Part shown: piece by piece, positions 38,370 through 49,219 of the stretch | How the letters are laid out: each line of letters starts with the position of its first letter | Numbering within the stretch: the stretch's first letter is position 1 | IMG/VR virus record: IMGVR_UViG_2861074659_000002 | Direction: 5' to 3' (one strand) | DNA length: 64,000 nucleotides | Source: a virus | Lineage: Duplodnaviria; Heunggongvirae; Uroviricota; Caudoviricetes | Position numbers and translations under genes: made by a program | Notes under the pieces: generated by a model | Told to the model about the DNA's origin: nothing | Database searches by the model: none | What the model saw: the letters and a program-made list of their open reading frames with translations, nothing else

Positions 38370-39602
38370 TCAATTGTTCATAGTGTTTACATCACCGCCA
38401 ATTGCTTTTAAGACTGAACGCATGAAATATGGTTTTTCGTCATGTTTTGAGTCTGCTGTTGATATTTCTAAAGTCGGTTTTTTTTCTTCGTTTTCTCTAA
38501 CTATTTTCCATGAAATACATTTTTGATTATTATTTGAATCAATTCCAATTACCTGAAGTCTTTCATCTATAATTGGCATTGTATGTATTGGTTTATTGGA
38601 GTAGATGCTTGCTTTTCTGAGCCATAGCTCTGATATCCAAATGAAGCCATAGGCATTTGTTATTTTGGCTCTGTCAGCTGCATAACGCCAAAAAATATAT
38701 TTATCTGCTTGATCTTCAAATGTTGTATTGATTAAATCAATTGGATGGAATTGTTTATCATAAAAAATTAATGTTTGAATGTGATAACCGTCCTTTAAAA
38801 AAGTCGTTTCTGCAAGCTTGGCTGTATAGTCAACTAACTCTTCTGTCGAAGTGATATTTTTAGGCTTATCTACCAGTTTTAGACGCTCTTTAATATCTTC
38901 AGGAATTATTTTATTGTCATATTGTATCATGCTAAATGACAATTTGCTTATGGAGTAATCTTTTAATTTTAAATAAGTTATTCTCCTGGCTTCATCAAAT
39001 AAAGAGTCGAATGATGTTGGCGAAATCACATCGTCACCCATTGGATTGTTTATTTGTATGCCAAGAGAGTTACAGCAGTTATACATTCTGCCATAGATTA
39101 TAGCTAAGGCATGTAATAATTCGTAATCTTTTAGCGTATTAGCGACCCATCGTCTTTCTGATTTAATAATAGATGATTCAGTTAAATATGAAGGTAATTT
39201 CTTTTGTGCAAGTCTGACTAACTTTTTTATACCAATGTTTAACATACTTTCATTTGTAATAAACTCAATGTCATTTTCTTCAATGTAAGATGAAATAAGA
39301 GTAGCCTTTGCCTCGCTATACATTTCTAAATCGCCTTGTTTTTCTATCGTATTGCGAGAATTTTTAGCCCAAGCCATTAATGGATCATTTTTCCATTTTT
39401 CAATAACATTATTGTTATACCAAATGTCATATCCTATAATCTGGTTTTTGTTTTTTTGAATAATAAATGTTACTGTTCTTGCGGTTTGGAGGAATTGATT
39501 CAAATTCAAGCGAAATAATTCAGGGTCAAAATATGTATCAATGCAGCATTTGAGCAAGTGCGATAAATCTTTAAGTCTTCTTTCCCATGGTTTTTTAGTC
39601 AT
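38370..39602 (-). CDS. ea47: Ea47 accessory protein (410 aa from Met at 39602; ORF extends to 39629), function unknown
   Basis: Low-GC b-region ORF at lambda ea47 position. Confidence 0.7.
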   Translation of the reverse strand: MTKKPWERRLKDLSHLLKCCIDTYFDPELFRLNLNQFLQTARTVTFIIQKNKNQIIGYDIWYNNNVIEKWKNDPLMAWAKNSRNTIEKQGDLEMYSEAKATLISSYIEENDIEFITNESMLNIGIKKLVRLAQKKLPSYLTESSIIKSERRWVANTLKDYELLHALAIIYGRMYNCCNSLGIQINNPMGDDVISPTSFDSLFDEARRITYLKLKDYSISKLSFSMIQYDNKIIPEDIKERLKLVDKPKNITSTEELVDYTAKLAETTFLKDGYHIQTLIFYDKQFHPIDLINTTFEDQADKYIFWRYAADRAKITNAYGFIWISELWLRKASIYSNKPIHTMPIIDERLQVIGIDSNNNQKCISWKIVRENEEKKPTLEISTADSKHDEKPYFMRSVLKAIGGDVNTMNN

Positions 39603-40192
39603 AAAACTCTCCATTTTGATAGGTTGCATGCTAGATGCTGATATATTTTAGAGGTGATAAAATTAACTGCTTAACTGTCAATGTAATACAAGTTGTTTGA
39701 TCTTTGCAATGATTCTTATCAGAAACCATATAGTAAATTAGTTACACAGGAAATTTTTAATATTATTATTATCATTCATTATGTATTAAAATTAGAGTTG
39801 TGGCTTGGCTCTGCTAACACGTTGCTCATAGGAGATATGGTAGAGCCGCAGACACGTCGTATGCAGGAACGTGCTGCGGCTGGCTGGTGAACTTCCGATA
39901 GTGCGGGTGTTGAATGATTTCCAGTTGCTACCGATTTTACATATTTTTTGCATGAGAGAATTTGTACCACCTCCCACCGACCATCTATGACTGTACGCCA
40001 CTGTCCCTAGGACTGCTATGTGCCGGAGCGGACATTACAAACGTCCTTCTCGGTGCATGCCACTGTTGCCAATGACCTGCCTAGGAATTGGTTAGCAAGT
40101 TACTACCGGATTTTGTAAAAACAGCCCTCCTCATATAAAAAGTATTCGTTCACTTCCGATAAGCGTCGTAATTTTCTATCTTTCATCATATT

Positions 40193-41083
40193 CTAGATCC
40201 CTCTGAAAAAATCTTCCGAGTTTGCTAGGCACTGATACATAACTCTTTTCCAATAATTGGGGAAGTCATTCAAATCTATAATAGGTTTCAGATTTGCTTC
40301 AATAAATTCTGACTGTAGCTGCTGAAACGTTGCGGTTGAACTATATTTCCTTATAACTTTTACGAAAGAGTTTCTTTGAGTAATCACTTCACTCAAGTGC
40401 TTCCCTGCCTCCAAACGATACCTGTTAGCAATATTTAATAGCTTGAAATGATGAAGAGCTCTGTGTTTGTCTTCCTGCCTCCAGTTCGCCGGGCATTCAA
40501 CATAAAAACTGATAGCACCCGGAGTTCCGGAAACGAAATTTGCATATACCCATTGCTCACGAAAAAAAATGTCCTTGTCGATATAGGGATGAATCGCTTG
40601 GTGTACCTCATCTACTGCGAAAACTTGACCTTTCTCTCCCATATTGCAGTCGCGGCACGATGGAACTAAATTAATAGGCATCACCGAAAATTCAGGATAA
40701 TGTGCAATAGGAAGAAAATGATCTATATTTTTTGTCTGTCCTATATCACCACAAAATGGACATTTTTCACCTGATGAAACAAGCATGTCATCGTAATATG
40801 TTCTAGCGGGTTTGTTTTTATCTCGGAGATTATTTTCATAAAGCTTTTCTAATTTAACCTTTGTCAGGTTACCAACTACTAAGGTTGTAGGCTCAAGAGG
40901 GTGTGTCCTGTCGTAGGTAAATAACTGACCTGTCGAGCTTAATATTCTATATTGTTGTTCTTTCTGCAAAAAAGTGGGGAAGTGAGTAATGAAATTATTT
41001 CTAACATTTATCTGCATCATACCTTCCGAGCATTTATTAAGCATTTCGCTATAAGTTCTCGCTGGAAGAGGTAGTTTTTTCAT
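40193..41083 (-). CDS. ea31: Ea31 accessory protein (296 aa) with HNH-type nuclease motif
   Basis: CPFCGD...IDHFLPIAHYPEFSVMPINLVPSCRDCNMGEKG resembles HNH endonuclease (Cys pairs flanking His-Asn-His-like core); 4-nt overlap with ea59. Confidence 0.75.
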   Translation of the reverse strand: MKKLPLPARTYSEMLNKCSEGMMQINVRNNFITHFPTFLQKEQQYRILSSTGQLFTYDRTHPLEPTTLVVGNLTKVKLEKLYENNLRDKNKPARTYYDDMLVSSGEKCPFCGDIGQTKNIDHFLPIAHYPEFSVMPINLVPSCRDCNMGEKGQVFAVDEVHQAIHPYIDKDIFFREQWVYANFVSGTPGAISFYVECPANWRQEDKHRALHHFKLLNIANRYRLEAGKHLSEVITQRNSFVKVIRKYSSTATFQQLQSEFIEANLKPIIDLNDFPNYWKRVMYQCLANSEDFFRGI

Positions 41084-42657
41084 TGTACTTTACCTTCATC
41101 TCTGTTCATTATCATCGCTTTTAAAACGGTTCGACCTTCTAATCCTATCTGACCATTATAATTTTTTAGAATGGTTTCATAAGAAAGCTCTGAATCAACG
41201 GACTGCGATAATAAGTGGTGGTATCCAGAATTTGTCACTTCAAGTAAAAACACCTCACGAGTTAAAACACCTAAGTTCTCACCGAATGTCTCAATATCCG
41301 GACGGATAATATTTATTGCTTCTCTTGACCGTAGGACTTTCCACACGCAGGATTTTGGAACCTCTTGCAGTACTACTGGGGAATGAGTTGCAATTATTGC
41401 TACACCATTGCGTGCATCGAGTAAGTCGCTTAATGTTCGTAAAAAAGCAGAGAGCAAAGGTGGATGCAGATGAACCTCTGGTTCATCGAATAAAACTAAT
41501 GACTTTTCGCCAACGACATCTACTAATCTTGTGATAGTAAATAAAACAATTGCATGTCCAGAGCTCATTCGAAGCAGATATTTCTGGATATTGTCATAAA
41601 ACAATTTAGTGAATTTATCATCGTCCACTTGAATCTGTGGTTCATTACGTCTTAACTCTTCATATTTAGAAATGAGGCTGATGAGTTCCATATTTGAAAA
41701 GTTTTCATCACTACTTAGTTTTTTGATAGCTTCAAGCCAGAGTTGTCTTTTTCTATCTACTCTCATACAACCAATAAATGCTGAAATGAATTCTAAGCGG
41801 AGATCGCCTAGTGATTTTAAACTATTGCTGGCAGCATTCTTGAGTCCAATATAAAAGTATTGTGTACCTTTTGCTGGGTCAGGTTGTTCTTTAGGAGGAG
41901 TAAAAGGATCAAATGCACTAAACGAAACTGAAACAAGCGATCGAAAATATCCCTTTGGGATTCTTGACTCGATAAGTCTATTATTTTCAGAGAAAAAATA
42001 TTCATTGTTTTCTGGGTTGGTGATTGCACCAATCATTCCATTCAAAATTGTTGTTTTACCACACCCATTCCGCCCGATAAAAGCATGAATGTTCGTGCTG
42101 GGCATAGAATTAACCGTCACCTCAAAAGGTATAGTTAAATCACTGAATCCGGGAGCACTTTTTCTATTAAATGAAAAGTGGAAATCTGACAATTCTGGCA
42201 AACCATTTAACACACGTGCGAACTGTCCATGAATTTCTGAAAGAGTTACCCCTCTAAGTAATGAGGTGTTAAGGACGCTTTCATTTTCAATGTCGGCTAA
42301 TCGATTTGGCCATACTACTAAATCCTGAATAGCTTTAAGAAGGTTATGTTTAAAACCATCGCTTAATTTGCTGAGATTAACATAGTAGTCAATGCTTTCA
42401 CCTAAGGAAAAAAACATTTCAGGGAGTTGACTGAATTTTTTATCTATTAATGAATAAGTGCTTACTTCTTCTTTTTGACCTACAAAACCAATTTTAACAT
42501 TTCCGATATCGCATTTTTCACCATGCTCATCAAAGACAGTAAGATAAAACATTGTAACAAAGGAATAGTCATTCCAACCATCTGCTCGTAGGAATGCCTT
42601 ATTTTTTTCTACTGCAGGAATATACCCGCCTCTTTCAATAACACTAAACTCCAACAT
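41080..42657 (-). CDS. ea59: Ea59 accessory protein (525 aa), P-loop ATPase (ABC/AAA_21/OLD-like)
   Basis: Walker A GRNGCGKTT and Walker B-like LVLFDEPEVHLHP motifs. Confidence 0.75.
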   Translation of the reverse strand: MLEFSVIERGGYIPAVEKNKAFLRADGWNDYSFVTMFYLTVFDEHGEKCDIGNVKIGFVGQKEEVSTYSLIDKKFSQLPEMFFSLGESIDYYVNLSKLSDGFKHNLLKAIQDLVVWPNRLADIENESVLNTSLLRGVTLSEIHGQFARVLNGLPELSDFHFSFNRKSAPGFSDLTIPFEVTVNSMPSTNIHAFIGRNGCGKTTILNGMIGAITNPENNEYFFSENNRLIESRIPKGYFRSLVSVSFSAFDPFTPPKEQPDPAKGTQYFYIGLKNAASNSLKSLGDLRLEFISAFIGCMRVDRKRQLWLEAIKKLSSDENFSNMELISLISKYEELRRNEPQIQVDDDKFTKLFYDNIQKYLLRMSSGHAIVLFTITRLVDVVGEKSLVLFDEPEVHLHPPLLSAFLRTLSDLLDARNGVAIIATHSPVVLQEVPKSCVWKVLRSREAINIIRPDIETFGENLGVLTREVFLLEVTNSGYHHLLSQSVDSELSYETILKNYNGQIGLEGRTVLKAMIMNRDEGKVQ

Positions 42658-43259
42658 ATAGTAACCCTTAATTTTATTAAAATAACCGCAATTTATTTGG
42701 CGGCAACACAGGATCTCTCTTTTAAGTTACTCTCTATTACATACGTTTTCCATCTAAAAATTAGTAGTATTGAACTTAACGGGGCATCGTATTGTAGTTT
42801 TCCATATTTAGCTTTCTGCTTCCTTTTGGATAACCCACTGTTATTCATGTTGCATGGTGCACTGTTTATACCAACGATATAGTCTATTAATGCATATATA
42901 GTATCGCCGAACGATTAGCTCTTCAGGCTTCTGAAGAAGCGTTTCAAGTACTAATAAGCCGATAGATAGCCACGGACTTCGTAGCCATTTTTCATAAGTG
43001 TTAACTTCCGCTCCTCGCTCATAACAGACATTCACTACAGTTATGGCGGAAAGGTATGCATGCTGGGTGTGGGGAAGTCGTGAAAGAAAAGAAGTCAGCT
43101 GCGTCGTTTGACATCACTGCTATCTTCTTACTGGTTATGCAGGTCGTAGTGGGTGGCACACAAAGCTTTGCACTGGATTGCGAGGCTTTGTGCTTCTCTG
43201 GAGTGCGACAGGTTTGATGACAAAAAATTAGCGCAAGAAGACAAAAATCACCTTGCGCT

Positions 43260-43500
43260 AATGCTCTGTTACAGGTCACTAATACCATCTAAGTAGTTGA
43301 TTCATAGTGACTGCATATGTTGTGTTTTACAGTATTATGTAGTCTGTTTTTTATGCAAAATCTAATTTAATATATTGATATTTATATCATTTTACGTTTC
43401 TCGTTCAGCTTTTTTATACTAAGTTGGCATTATAAAAAAGCATTGCTTATCAATTTGTTGCAACGAACAGGTCACTATCAGTCAAAATAAAATCATTATT
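43260..43500. other. attP: attP attachment site, common core GCTTTTTTATACTAA at 43408..43422, flanked by AT-rich arm sequences
   Basis: Exact lambda att core with phage sequence on both sides (b region left, int right). Confidence 0.9.
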
Positions 43501-44566
43501 TGATTTCAATTTTGTCCCACTCCCTGCCTCTGTCATCACGATACTGTGATGCCATGGTGTCCGACTTATGCCCGAGAAGATGTTGAGCAAACTTATCGCT
43601 TATCTGCTTCTCATAGAGTCTTGCAGACAAACTGCGCAACTCGTGAAAGGTAGGCGGATCCCCTTCGAAGGAAAGACCTGATGCTTTTCGTGCGCGCATA
43701 AAATACCTTGATACTGTGCCGGATGAAAGCGGTTCGCGACGAGTAGATGCAATTATGGTTTCTCCGCCAAGAATCTCTTTGCATTTATCAAGTGTTTCCT
43801 TCATTGATATTCCGAGAGCATCAATATGCAATGCTGTTGGGATGGCAATTTTTACGCCTGTTTTGCTTTGCTCGACATAAAGATATCCATCTACGATATC
43901 AGACCACTTCATTTCGCATAAATCACCAACTCGTTGCCCGGTAACAACAGCCAGTTCCATTGCAAGTCTGAGCCAACATGGTGATGATTCTGCTGCTTGA
44001 TAAATTTTCAGGTATTCGTCAGCCGTAAGTCTTGATCTCCTTACCTCTGATTTTGCTGCGCGAGTGGCAGCGACATGGTTTGTTGTTATATGGCCTTCAG
44101 CTATTGCCTCTCGGAATGCATCGCTCAGTGTTGATCTGATTAACTTGGCTGACGCCGCCTTGCCCTCGTCTATGTATCCATTGAGCATTGCCGCAATTTC
44201 TTTTGTGGTGATGTCTTCAAGTGGAGCATCAGGCAGACCCCTCCTTATTGCTTTAATTTTGCTCATGTAATTTATGAGTGTCTTCTGCTTGATTCCTCTG
44301 CTGGCCAGGATTTTTTCGTAGCGATCAAGCCATGAATGTAACGTAACGGAATTATCACTGTTGATTCTCGCTGTCAGAGGCTTGTGTTTGTGTCCTGAAA
44401 ATAACTCAATGTTGGCCTGTATAGCTTCAGTGATTGCGATTCGCCTGTCTCTGCCTAATCCAAACTCTTTACCCGTCCTTGGGTCCCTGTAGCAGTAATA
44501 TCCATTGTTTCTTATATAAAGGTTAGGGGGTAAATCCCGGCGCTCATGACTTCGCCTTCTTCCCAT
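43496..44566 (-). CDS. int: Integrase Int, full length (356 aa), tyrosine recombinase
   Basis: Ends ...HELRSLSARLYEKQISDKFAQHLLGHKSDTMASQYRDDRGREWDKIEIK with catalytic region present. Confidence 0.95.
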   Translation of the reverse strand: MGRRRSHERRDLPPNLYIRNNGYYCYRDPRTGKEFGLGRDRRIAITEAIQANIELFSGHKHKPLTARINSDNSVTLHSWLDRYEKILASRGIKQKTLINYMSKIKAIRRGLPDAPLEDITTKEIAAMLNGYIDEGKAASAKLIRSTLSDAFREAIAEGHITTNHVAATRAAKSEVRRSRLTADEYLKIYQAAESSPCWLRLAMELAVVTGQRVGDLCEMKWSDIVDGYLYVEQSKTGVKIAIPTALHIDALGISMKETLDKCKEILGGETIIASTRREPLSSGTVSRYFMRARKASGLSFEGDPPTFHELRSLSARLYEKQISDKFAQHLLGHKSDTMASQYRDDRGREWDKIEIK

Positions 44567-44762
44567 TTCTGATCCTCTTCAAAAGGCCACCTGTTACTGG
44601 TCGATTTAAGTCAACCTTTACCGCTGATTCGTGGAACAGATACTCTCTTCCATCCTTAACCGGAGGTGGGAATATCCTGCATTCCCGAACCCATCGACGA
44701 ACTGTTTCAAGGCTTCTTGGACGTCGCTGGCGTGCGTTCCACTCCTGAAGTGTCAAGTACAT
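44544..44762 (-). CDS. xis: Excisionase Xis (copy 2)
   Basis: Identical translation to copy 1. Confidence 0.95.
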   Translation of the reverse strand: MYLTLQEWNARQRRPRSLETVRRWVRECRIFPPPVKDGREYLFHESAVKVDLNRPVTGGLLKRIRNGKKAKS

Positions 44763-45057
44763 CGCAAAGTCTCCGCAATTACACGCAAGAAAAAACCGCC
44801 ATCAGGCGGCTTGGTGTTCTTTCAGTTCTTCAATTCGAATATTGGTTACGTCTGCATGTGCTATCTGCGCCCATATCATCCAGTGGTCGTAGCAGTCGTT
44901 GATGTTCTCCGCTTCGATAACTCTGTTGAATGGCTCTCCATTCCATTCTCCTGTGACTCGGAAGTGCATTTATCATCTCCATAAAACAAAACCCGCCGTA
45001 GCGAGTTCAGATAAAATAAATCCCCGCGAGTGCGAGGATTGTTATGTAATATTGGGT

Positions 45058-45339
45058 TTAATCATCTATATGTTTTGTACAGAGAGGGCAAGTATCGTTT
45101 CCACCGTACTCGTGATAATAATTTTGCACGGTATCAGTCATTTCTCGCACATTGCAGAATGGGGATTTGTCTTCATTAGACTTATAAACCTTCATGGAAT
45201 ATTTGTATGCCGACTCTATATCTATACCTTCATCTACATAAACACCTTCGTGATGTCTGCATGGAGACAAGACACCGGATCTGCACAACATTGATAACGC
45301 CCAATCTTTTTGCTCAGACTCTAACTCATTGATACTCAT
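45058..45339 (-). CDS. ea8.5: Ea8.5 (copy 2)
   Basis: Identical translation to copy 1. Confidence 0.8.
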   Translation of the reverse strand: MSINELESEQKDWALSMLCRSGVLSPCRHHEGVYVDEGIDIESAYKYSMKVYKSNEDKSPFCNVREMTDTVQNYYHEYGGNDTCPLCTKHIDD

Positions 45340-45530
45340 TTATAAACTCCTTGCAATGTATGTCGTTTCAGCTAAACGGTATCAGCAATGTTTATGTAAA
45401 GAAACAGTAAGATAATACTCAACCCGATGTTTGAGTACGGTCATCATCTGACACTACAGACTCTGGCATCGCTGTGAAGACGACGCGAAATTCAGCATTT
45501 TCACAAGCGTTATCTTTTACAAAACCGATC

Positions 45531-46079
45531 TCACTCTCCTTTGATGCGAATGCCAGCGTCAGACATCATATGCAGATACTCACCTGCATCCTGAACCCAT
45601 TGACCTCCAACCCCGTAATAGCGATGCGTAATGATGTCGATAGTTACTAACGGGTCTTGTTCGATTAACTGCCGCAGAAACTCTTCCAGGTCACCAGTGC
45701 AGTGCTTGATAACAGGAGTCTTCCCAGGATGGCGAACAACAAGAAACTGGTTTCCGTCTTCACGGACTTCGTTGCTTTCCAGTTTAGCAATACGCTTACT
45801 CCCATCCGAGATAACACCTTCGTAATACTCACGCTGCTCGTTGAGTTTTGATTTTGCTGTTTCAAGCTCAACACGCAGTTTCCCTACTGTTAGCGCAATA
45901 TCCTCGTTCTCCTGGTCGCGGCGTTTGATGTATTGCTGGTTTCTTTCCCGTTCATCCAGCAGTTCCAGCACAATCGATGGTGTTACCAATTCATGGAAAA
46001 GGTCTGCGTCAAATCCCCAGTCGTCATGCATTGCCTGCTCTGCCGCTTCACGCAGTGCCTGAGAGTTAATTTCGCTCAC
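45531..46079 (-). CDS. ea22: Ea22 (copy 2)
   Basis: Identical translation to copy 1. Confidence 0.8.
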   Translation of the reverse strand: MSEINSQALREAAEQAMHDDWGFDADLFHELVTPSIVLELLDERERNQQYIKRRDQENEDIALTVGKLRVELETAKSKLNEQREYYEGVISDGSKRIAKLESNEVREDGNQFLVVRHPGKTPVIKHCTGDLEEFLRQLIEQDPLVTIDIITHRYYGVGGQWVQDAGEYLHMMSDAGIRIKGE

Positions 46080-46297
46080 TTCGAACCTCTCTGTTTACTG
46101 ATAAGTTCCAGATCCTCCTGGCAACTTGCACAAGTCCGACAACCCTGAACGACCAGGCGTCTTCGTTCATCTATCGGATCGCCACACTCACAACAATGAG
46201 TGGCAGATATAGCCTGGTGGTTCAGGCGGCGCATTTTTATTGCTGTGTTGCGCTGTAATTCTTCTATTTCTGATGCTGAATCAATGATGTCTGCCAT
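46076..46297 (-). CDS. Small zinc-ribbon hypothetical protein (copy 2)
   Basis: Identical translation to copy 1. Confidence 0.5.
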   Translation of the reverse strand: MADIIDSASEIEELQRNTAIKMRRLNHQAISATHCCECGDPIDERRRLVVQGCRTCASCQEDLELISKQRGSK

Positions 46298-46522
46298 CTT
46301 TCATTAATCCCTGAACTGTTGGTTAATACGCTTGAGGGTGAATGCGAATAATAAAAAAGGAGCCTGTAGCTCCCTGATGATTTTGCTTTTCATGTTCATC
46401 GTTCCTTAAAGACGCCGTTTAACATGCCGATTGCCAGGCTTAAATGAGTCGGTGTGAATCCCATCAGCGTTACCGTTTCGCGGTGCTTCTTCAGTACGCT
46501 ACGGCAAATGTCATCGACGTTT

Positions 46523-46708
46523 TTATCCGGAAACTGCTGTCTGGCTTTTTTTGATTTCAGAATTAGCCTGACGGGCAATGCTGCGAAGGGCGTTTTCCTG
46601 CTGAGGTGTCATTGAACAAGTCCCATGTCGGCAAGCATAAGCACACAGAATATGAAGCCCGCTGCCAGAAAAATGCATTCCGTGGTTGTCATACCTGGTC
46701 TCTCTCAT
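46523..46708 (-). CDS. orf61 (copy 2)
   Basis: Identical translation to copy 1. Confidence 0.55.
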   Translation of the reverse strand: MRETRYDNHGMHFSGSGLHILCAYACRHGTCSMTPQQENALRSIARQANSEIKKSQTAVSG

Positions 46709-46880
46709 CTGCTTCTGCTTTCGCCACCATCATTTCCAGCTTTTGTGAAAGGGATGCGGCTAACGTATGAAATTCTTCGTCTGTTTCTACTGGTATTGGC
46801 ACAAACCTGATTCCAATTTGAGCAAGGCTATGTGCCATCTCGATACTCGTTCTTAACTCAACAGAAGATGCTTTGTGCAT
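46689..46880 (-). CDS. orf63 (copy 2)
   Basis: Identical translation to copy 1. Confidence 0.55.
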   Translation of the reverse strand: MHKASSVELRTSIEMAHSLAQIGIRFVPIPVETDEEFHTLAASLSQKLEMMVAKAEADERDQV

Positions 46881-47035
46881 ACAGCCCCTCGTTTATTATT
46901 TATCTCCTCAGCCAGCCGCTGGGCTTTCAGTGGATTTTGGATAACAGAAAGGCCGGGAAATACCCAGCCTCGCTTTGTAACGGAGTAGACGAAAGTGATC
47001 GCACCTACCCGGATATTATCGTGAGGATGCTTCAT
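46853..47035 (-). CDS. orf60a (copy 2; 2 aa substitutions vs copy 1)
   Basis: MTHPHD in copy 1 vs MKHPHD in copy 2. Confidence 0.55.
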   Translation of the reverse strand: MKHPHDNIRVGAITFVYSVTKRGWVFPGLSVIQNPLKAQRLAEEINNKRGAVCTKHLLLS

Positions 47036-47712
47036 CGCCATTGCTCCCCAAATACAAAACCAATTTCAGCCAGTGCCTCGTCCATTTTTTCGATGAACTC
47101 CGGCACCATCTCGTCAAAACTAGCCATGTACTTTTCATCCCGCTCAACCACGACATAATGCAGTCCTTCACGCTTCATACGCGGGTCATAGTTGGCAAAG
47201 TACCAGGCATCTTTTCGCGTCACCCACATGCTGTACTGCACCTGGGCCATGTAAGCTGACTTTATGGCCTCGAAACCACCGAGCCGGAACTTCATGAAAT
47301 TCCGGGAGGTAAACGGGCATTTCAGTTCAAGGCCGTTGCCGTCACTGCATAAACCATCCGGAGAGCAGGCGGTACGCATACTTTCGTCGCGATAGATGAT
47401 CGGTGATTCAGTAACATTCACGCCGGAAGTGAACTCAAACAGGGCTCTGGCGTCGTTCTCGTACTGTTTTCCCCAGGCCAGCGCTTTAGCGTTAACTTCC
47501 GGAGCCACACCGGTGCAAACCTCAGCAAGCAGGGTGTGGAAGTAGGACATTTTCATGTCAGGCCACTTTTTTCCGGAGCGGGGTTTTGCTATTACGTTAT
47601 GAACTTCTGAAGCTGTGATGACGCCGAGCCGTAATTTGTGCCACGCATCATCCCCCTGTTCGACAGCTCTCACGTCGATCCCGGTACGCTGCAGGATAAT
47701 GTCCGGTGTCAT
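47032..47712 (-). CDS. exo: Exonuclease Exo (copy 2; about 6 aa substitutions vs copy 1)
   Basis: Full-length 226 aa ORF. Confidence 0.95.
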   Translation of the reverse strand: MTPDIILQRTGIDVRAVEQGDDAWHKLRLGVITASEVHNVIAKPRSGKKWPDMKMSYFHTLLAEVCTGVAPEVNAKALAWGKQYENDARALFEFTSGVNVTESPIIYRDESMRTACSPDGLCSDGNGLELKCPFTSRNFMKFRLGGFEAIKSAYMAQVQYSMWVTRKDAWYFANYDPRMKREGLHYVVVERDEKYMASFDEMVPEFIEKMDEALAEIGFVFGEQWR

Positions 47713-48494
47713 GCTGCCACCTTCTGCTCTGCGGCTTTCTGTTTCAGGAATCCAAGAGCTTTTACTGCTTCGGCCTGTGTCAGTTCTGACGATGCGCGAA
47801 TGTCGCGGCGAAATATCTGGGAACAGAGCGGCAATAAGTCGTCATCCCATGTTTTATCCAGGGCGATCAGCAGAGTGTTAATCTCCTGCATGCTTTCATC
47901 GTTAACCGGAGTGATGTCGCGTTCCGGCTGGCGTTCTGCAGTGTATGCGGTATTTTCGACAATGCGCTCGGCTTCATCCTTGTCATAGATACCAGCAAAT
48001 CCGAAGGCCAGGCGGGCACACTGAATCATGGCTTTATGCCGTAACATCCGTTTAGGATGCGACTGCCACGGCCCCGTGATTTCTCTGCCTTCGCGGGTTT
48101 TGAATGGTTCGCGGCGGCATTCATCCATCCACTCGGTAACGCAGATCGGATGATTACGGTCCTTGCGGTAAATCCGGCATGTACAGGATTCGTTGTCCTG
48201 CTCAAAGTCCATGCCATCAAACTGCTGGTTTTCATTGATGATGCGGGACCAGCCATCAACGCCCACCACCGGAACGATGCCGTTCTGCTTATCAGGAAAG
48301 GCGTAAATTTCTTTCGTCCACGGATTAAGGCCGTACTGGTTGGCGACGATCAGCAATGCGATGAACTGCGCATCGCTGGCATCACCTTTAAATGCCGTCT
48401 GGCGAAGAGTGGTGATCAGTTCCTGTGGGTCGACAGAATCCATGCCGACACGTTCAGCCAGCTTCCCAGCCAGCGTTGCGAGTGCTGTACTCAT
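47709..48494 (-). CDS. bet: Bet (copy 2; 1 aa substitution vs copy 1)
   Basis: Full-length 261 aa ORF. Confidence 0.95.
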   Translation of the reverse strand: MSTALATLAGKLAERVGMDSVDPQELITTLRQTAFKGDASDAQFIALLIVANQYGLNPWTKEIYAFPDKQNGIVPVVGVDGWSRIINENQQFDGMDFEQDNESCTCRIYRKDRNHPICVTEWMDECRREPFKTREGREITGPWQSHPKRMLRHKAMIQCARLAFGFAGIYDKDEAERIVENTAYTAERQPERDITPVNDESMQEINTLLIALDKTWDDDLLPLCSQIFRRDIRASSELTQAEAVKALGFLKQKAAEQKVAA

Positions 48495-48499
48495 CCGTT

Positions 48500-48916
48500 T
48501 TATACCTCTGAATCAATATCAACCTGATGGTGAGCAATGGTTTCAACCATGTACCGGATGTGTTCTGCCATGCGCTCCTGAAACTCAACATCGTCATCAA
48601 ATGCACGGGTAATGGCTTTTTTGCTGGCCCCGCAGCGTTGTAAATGATCGATGCAGAGCGATTCAAACAAATGCTGGGGCAGGCCTTTTTCCATGTCGTC
48701 TGCCAGTTCTGCCTCTTTCTCTTCACGGGCGAGCTGCTGGTAGTGACGCGCCCAGCTCTGAGCCTCAAGACGATCCTGAATGTAATAAGCGTTCATGGCT
48801 GAACTCCTGAAATAGCTGTGAAAATATCGCCCGCGAAATGCCAGGCTGATTAGGAAAACAGGAAAGGGGGTTAGTGAATGCTTTTGCTTGATCTCAGTTT
48901 CAGCATTAATATCCAT
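48500..48916 (-). CDS. gam: Gam (copy 2; about 4 aa substitutions vs copy 1)
   Basis: Full-length 138 aa ORF. Confidence 0.95.
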   Translation of the reverse strand: MDINAETEIKQKHSLTPFPVFLISLAFRGRYFHSYFRSSAMNAYYIQDRLEAQSWARHYQQLAREEKEAELADDMEKGLPQHLFESLCIDHLQRCGASKKAITRAFDDDVEFQERMAEHIRYMVETIAHHQVDIDSEV

Positions 48917-49014
48917 TTTTTATAAGCGTCGACGGCTTCACGAAACATCTTTTCATCGCCAATAAAAGTGGCGATAGTGAATTTAGTCTGGATAGCCATA
49001 CGTGTTTGATCCAT
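48871..49014 (-). CDS. kil: Kil (copy 2; 1 aa substitution)
   Basis: [12 protein letters not shown]... Confidence 0.75.
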   Translation of the reverse strand: MDQTRMAIQTKFTIATFIGDEKMFREAVDAYKKWILMLKLRSSKSIH

Positions 49015-49147
49015 TCTTTGGGACTCCTGGCTGATTAAGTATGTCGATAAGGCGTTTCCATCCGTCACGTAATTTACGGGTGATTCGTTCAAGTAAAGAT
49101 TCGGAAGGGCAGCCAGCAACAGGCCACCCTGCAATGGCATATTGCAT
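48983..49147 (-). CDS. cIII: CIII (copy 2)
   Basis: Identical translation to copy 1. Confidence 0.85.
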   Translation of the reverse strand: MQYAIAGWPVAGCPSESLLERITRKLRDGWKRLIDILNQPGVPKNGSNTYGYPD

Positions 49148-49219
49148 GGTGTGCTCCTTATTTATACATAACGAAAAACGCCTCGAGTGAAGCGTTATTG
49201 GTATGCGGTAAAACCGCAC

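Noticed and set aside
43260-43500. Prophage-host junction (attL or attR)
   Set aside because: The att core is flanked by phage b-region DNA on the left and int on the right, i.e. attP, not a hybrid bacterial site; no host sequence is recognisable anywhere in the window.
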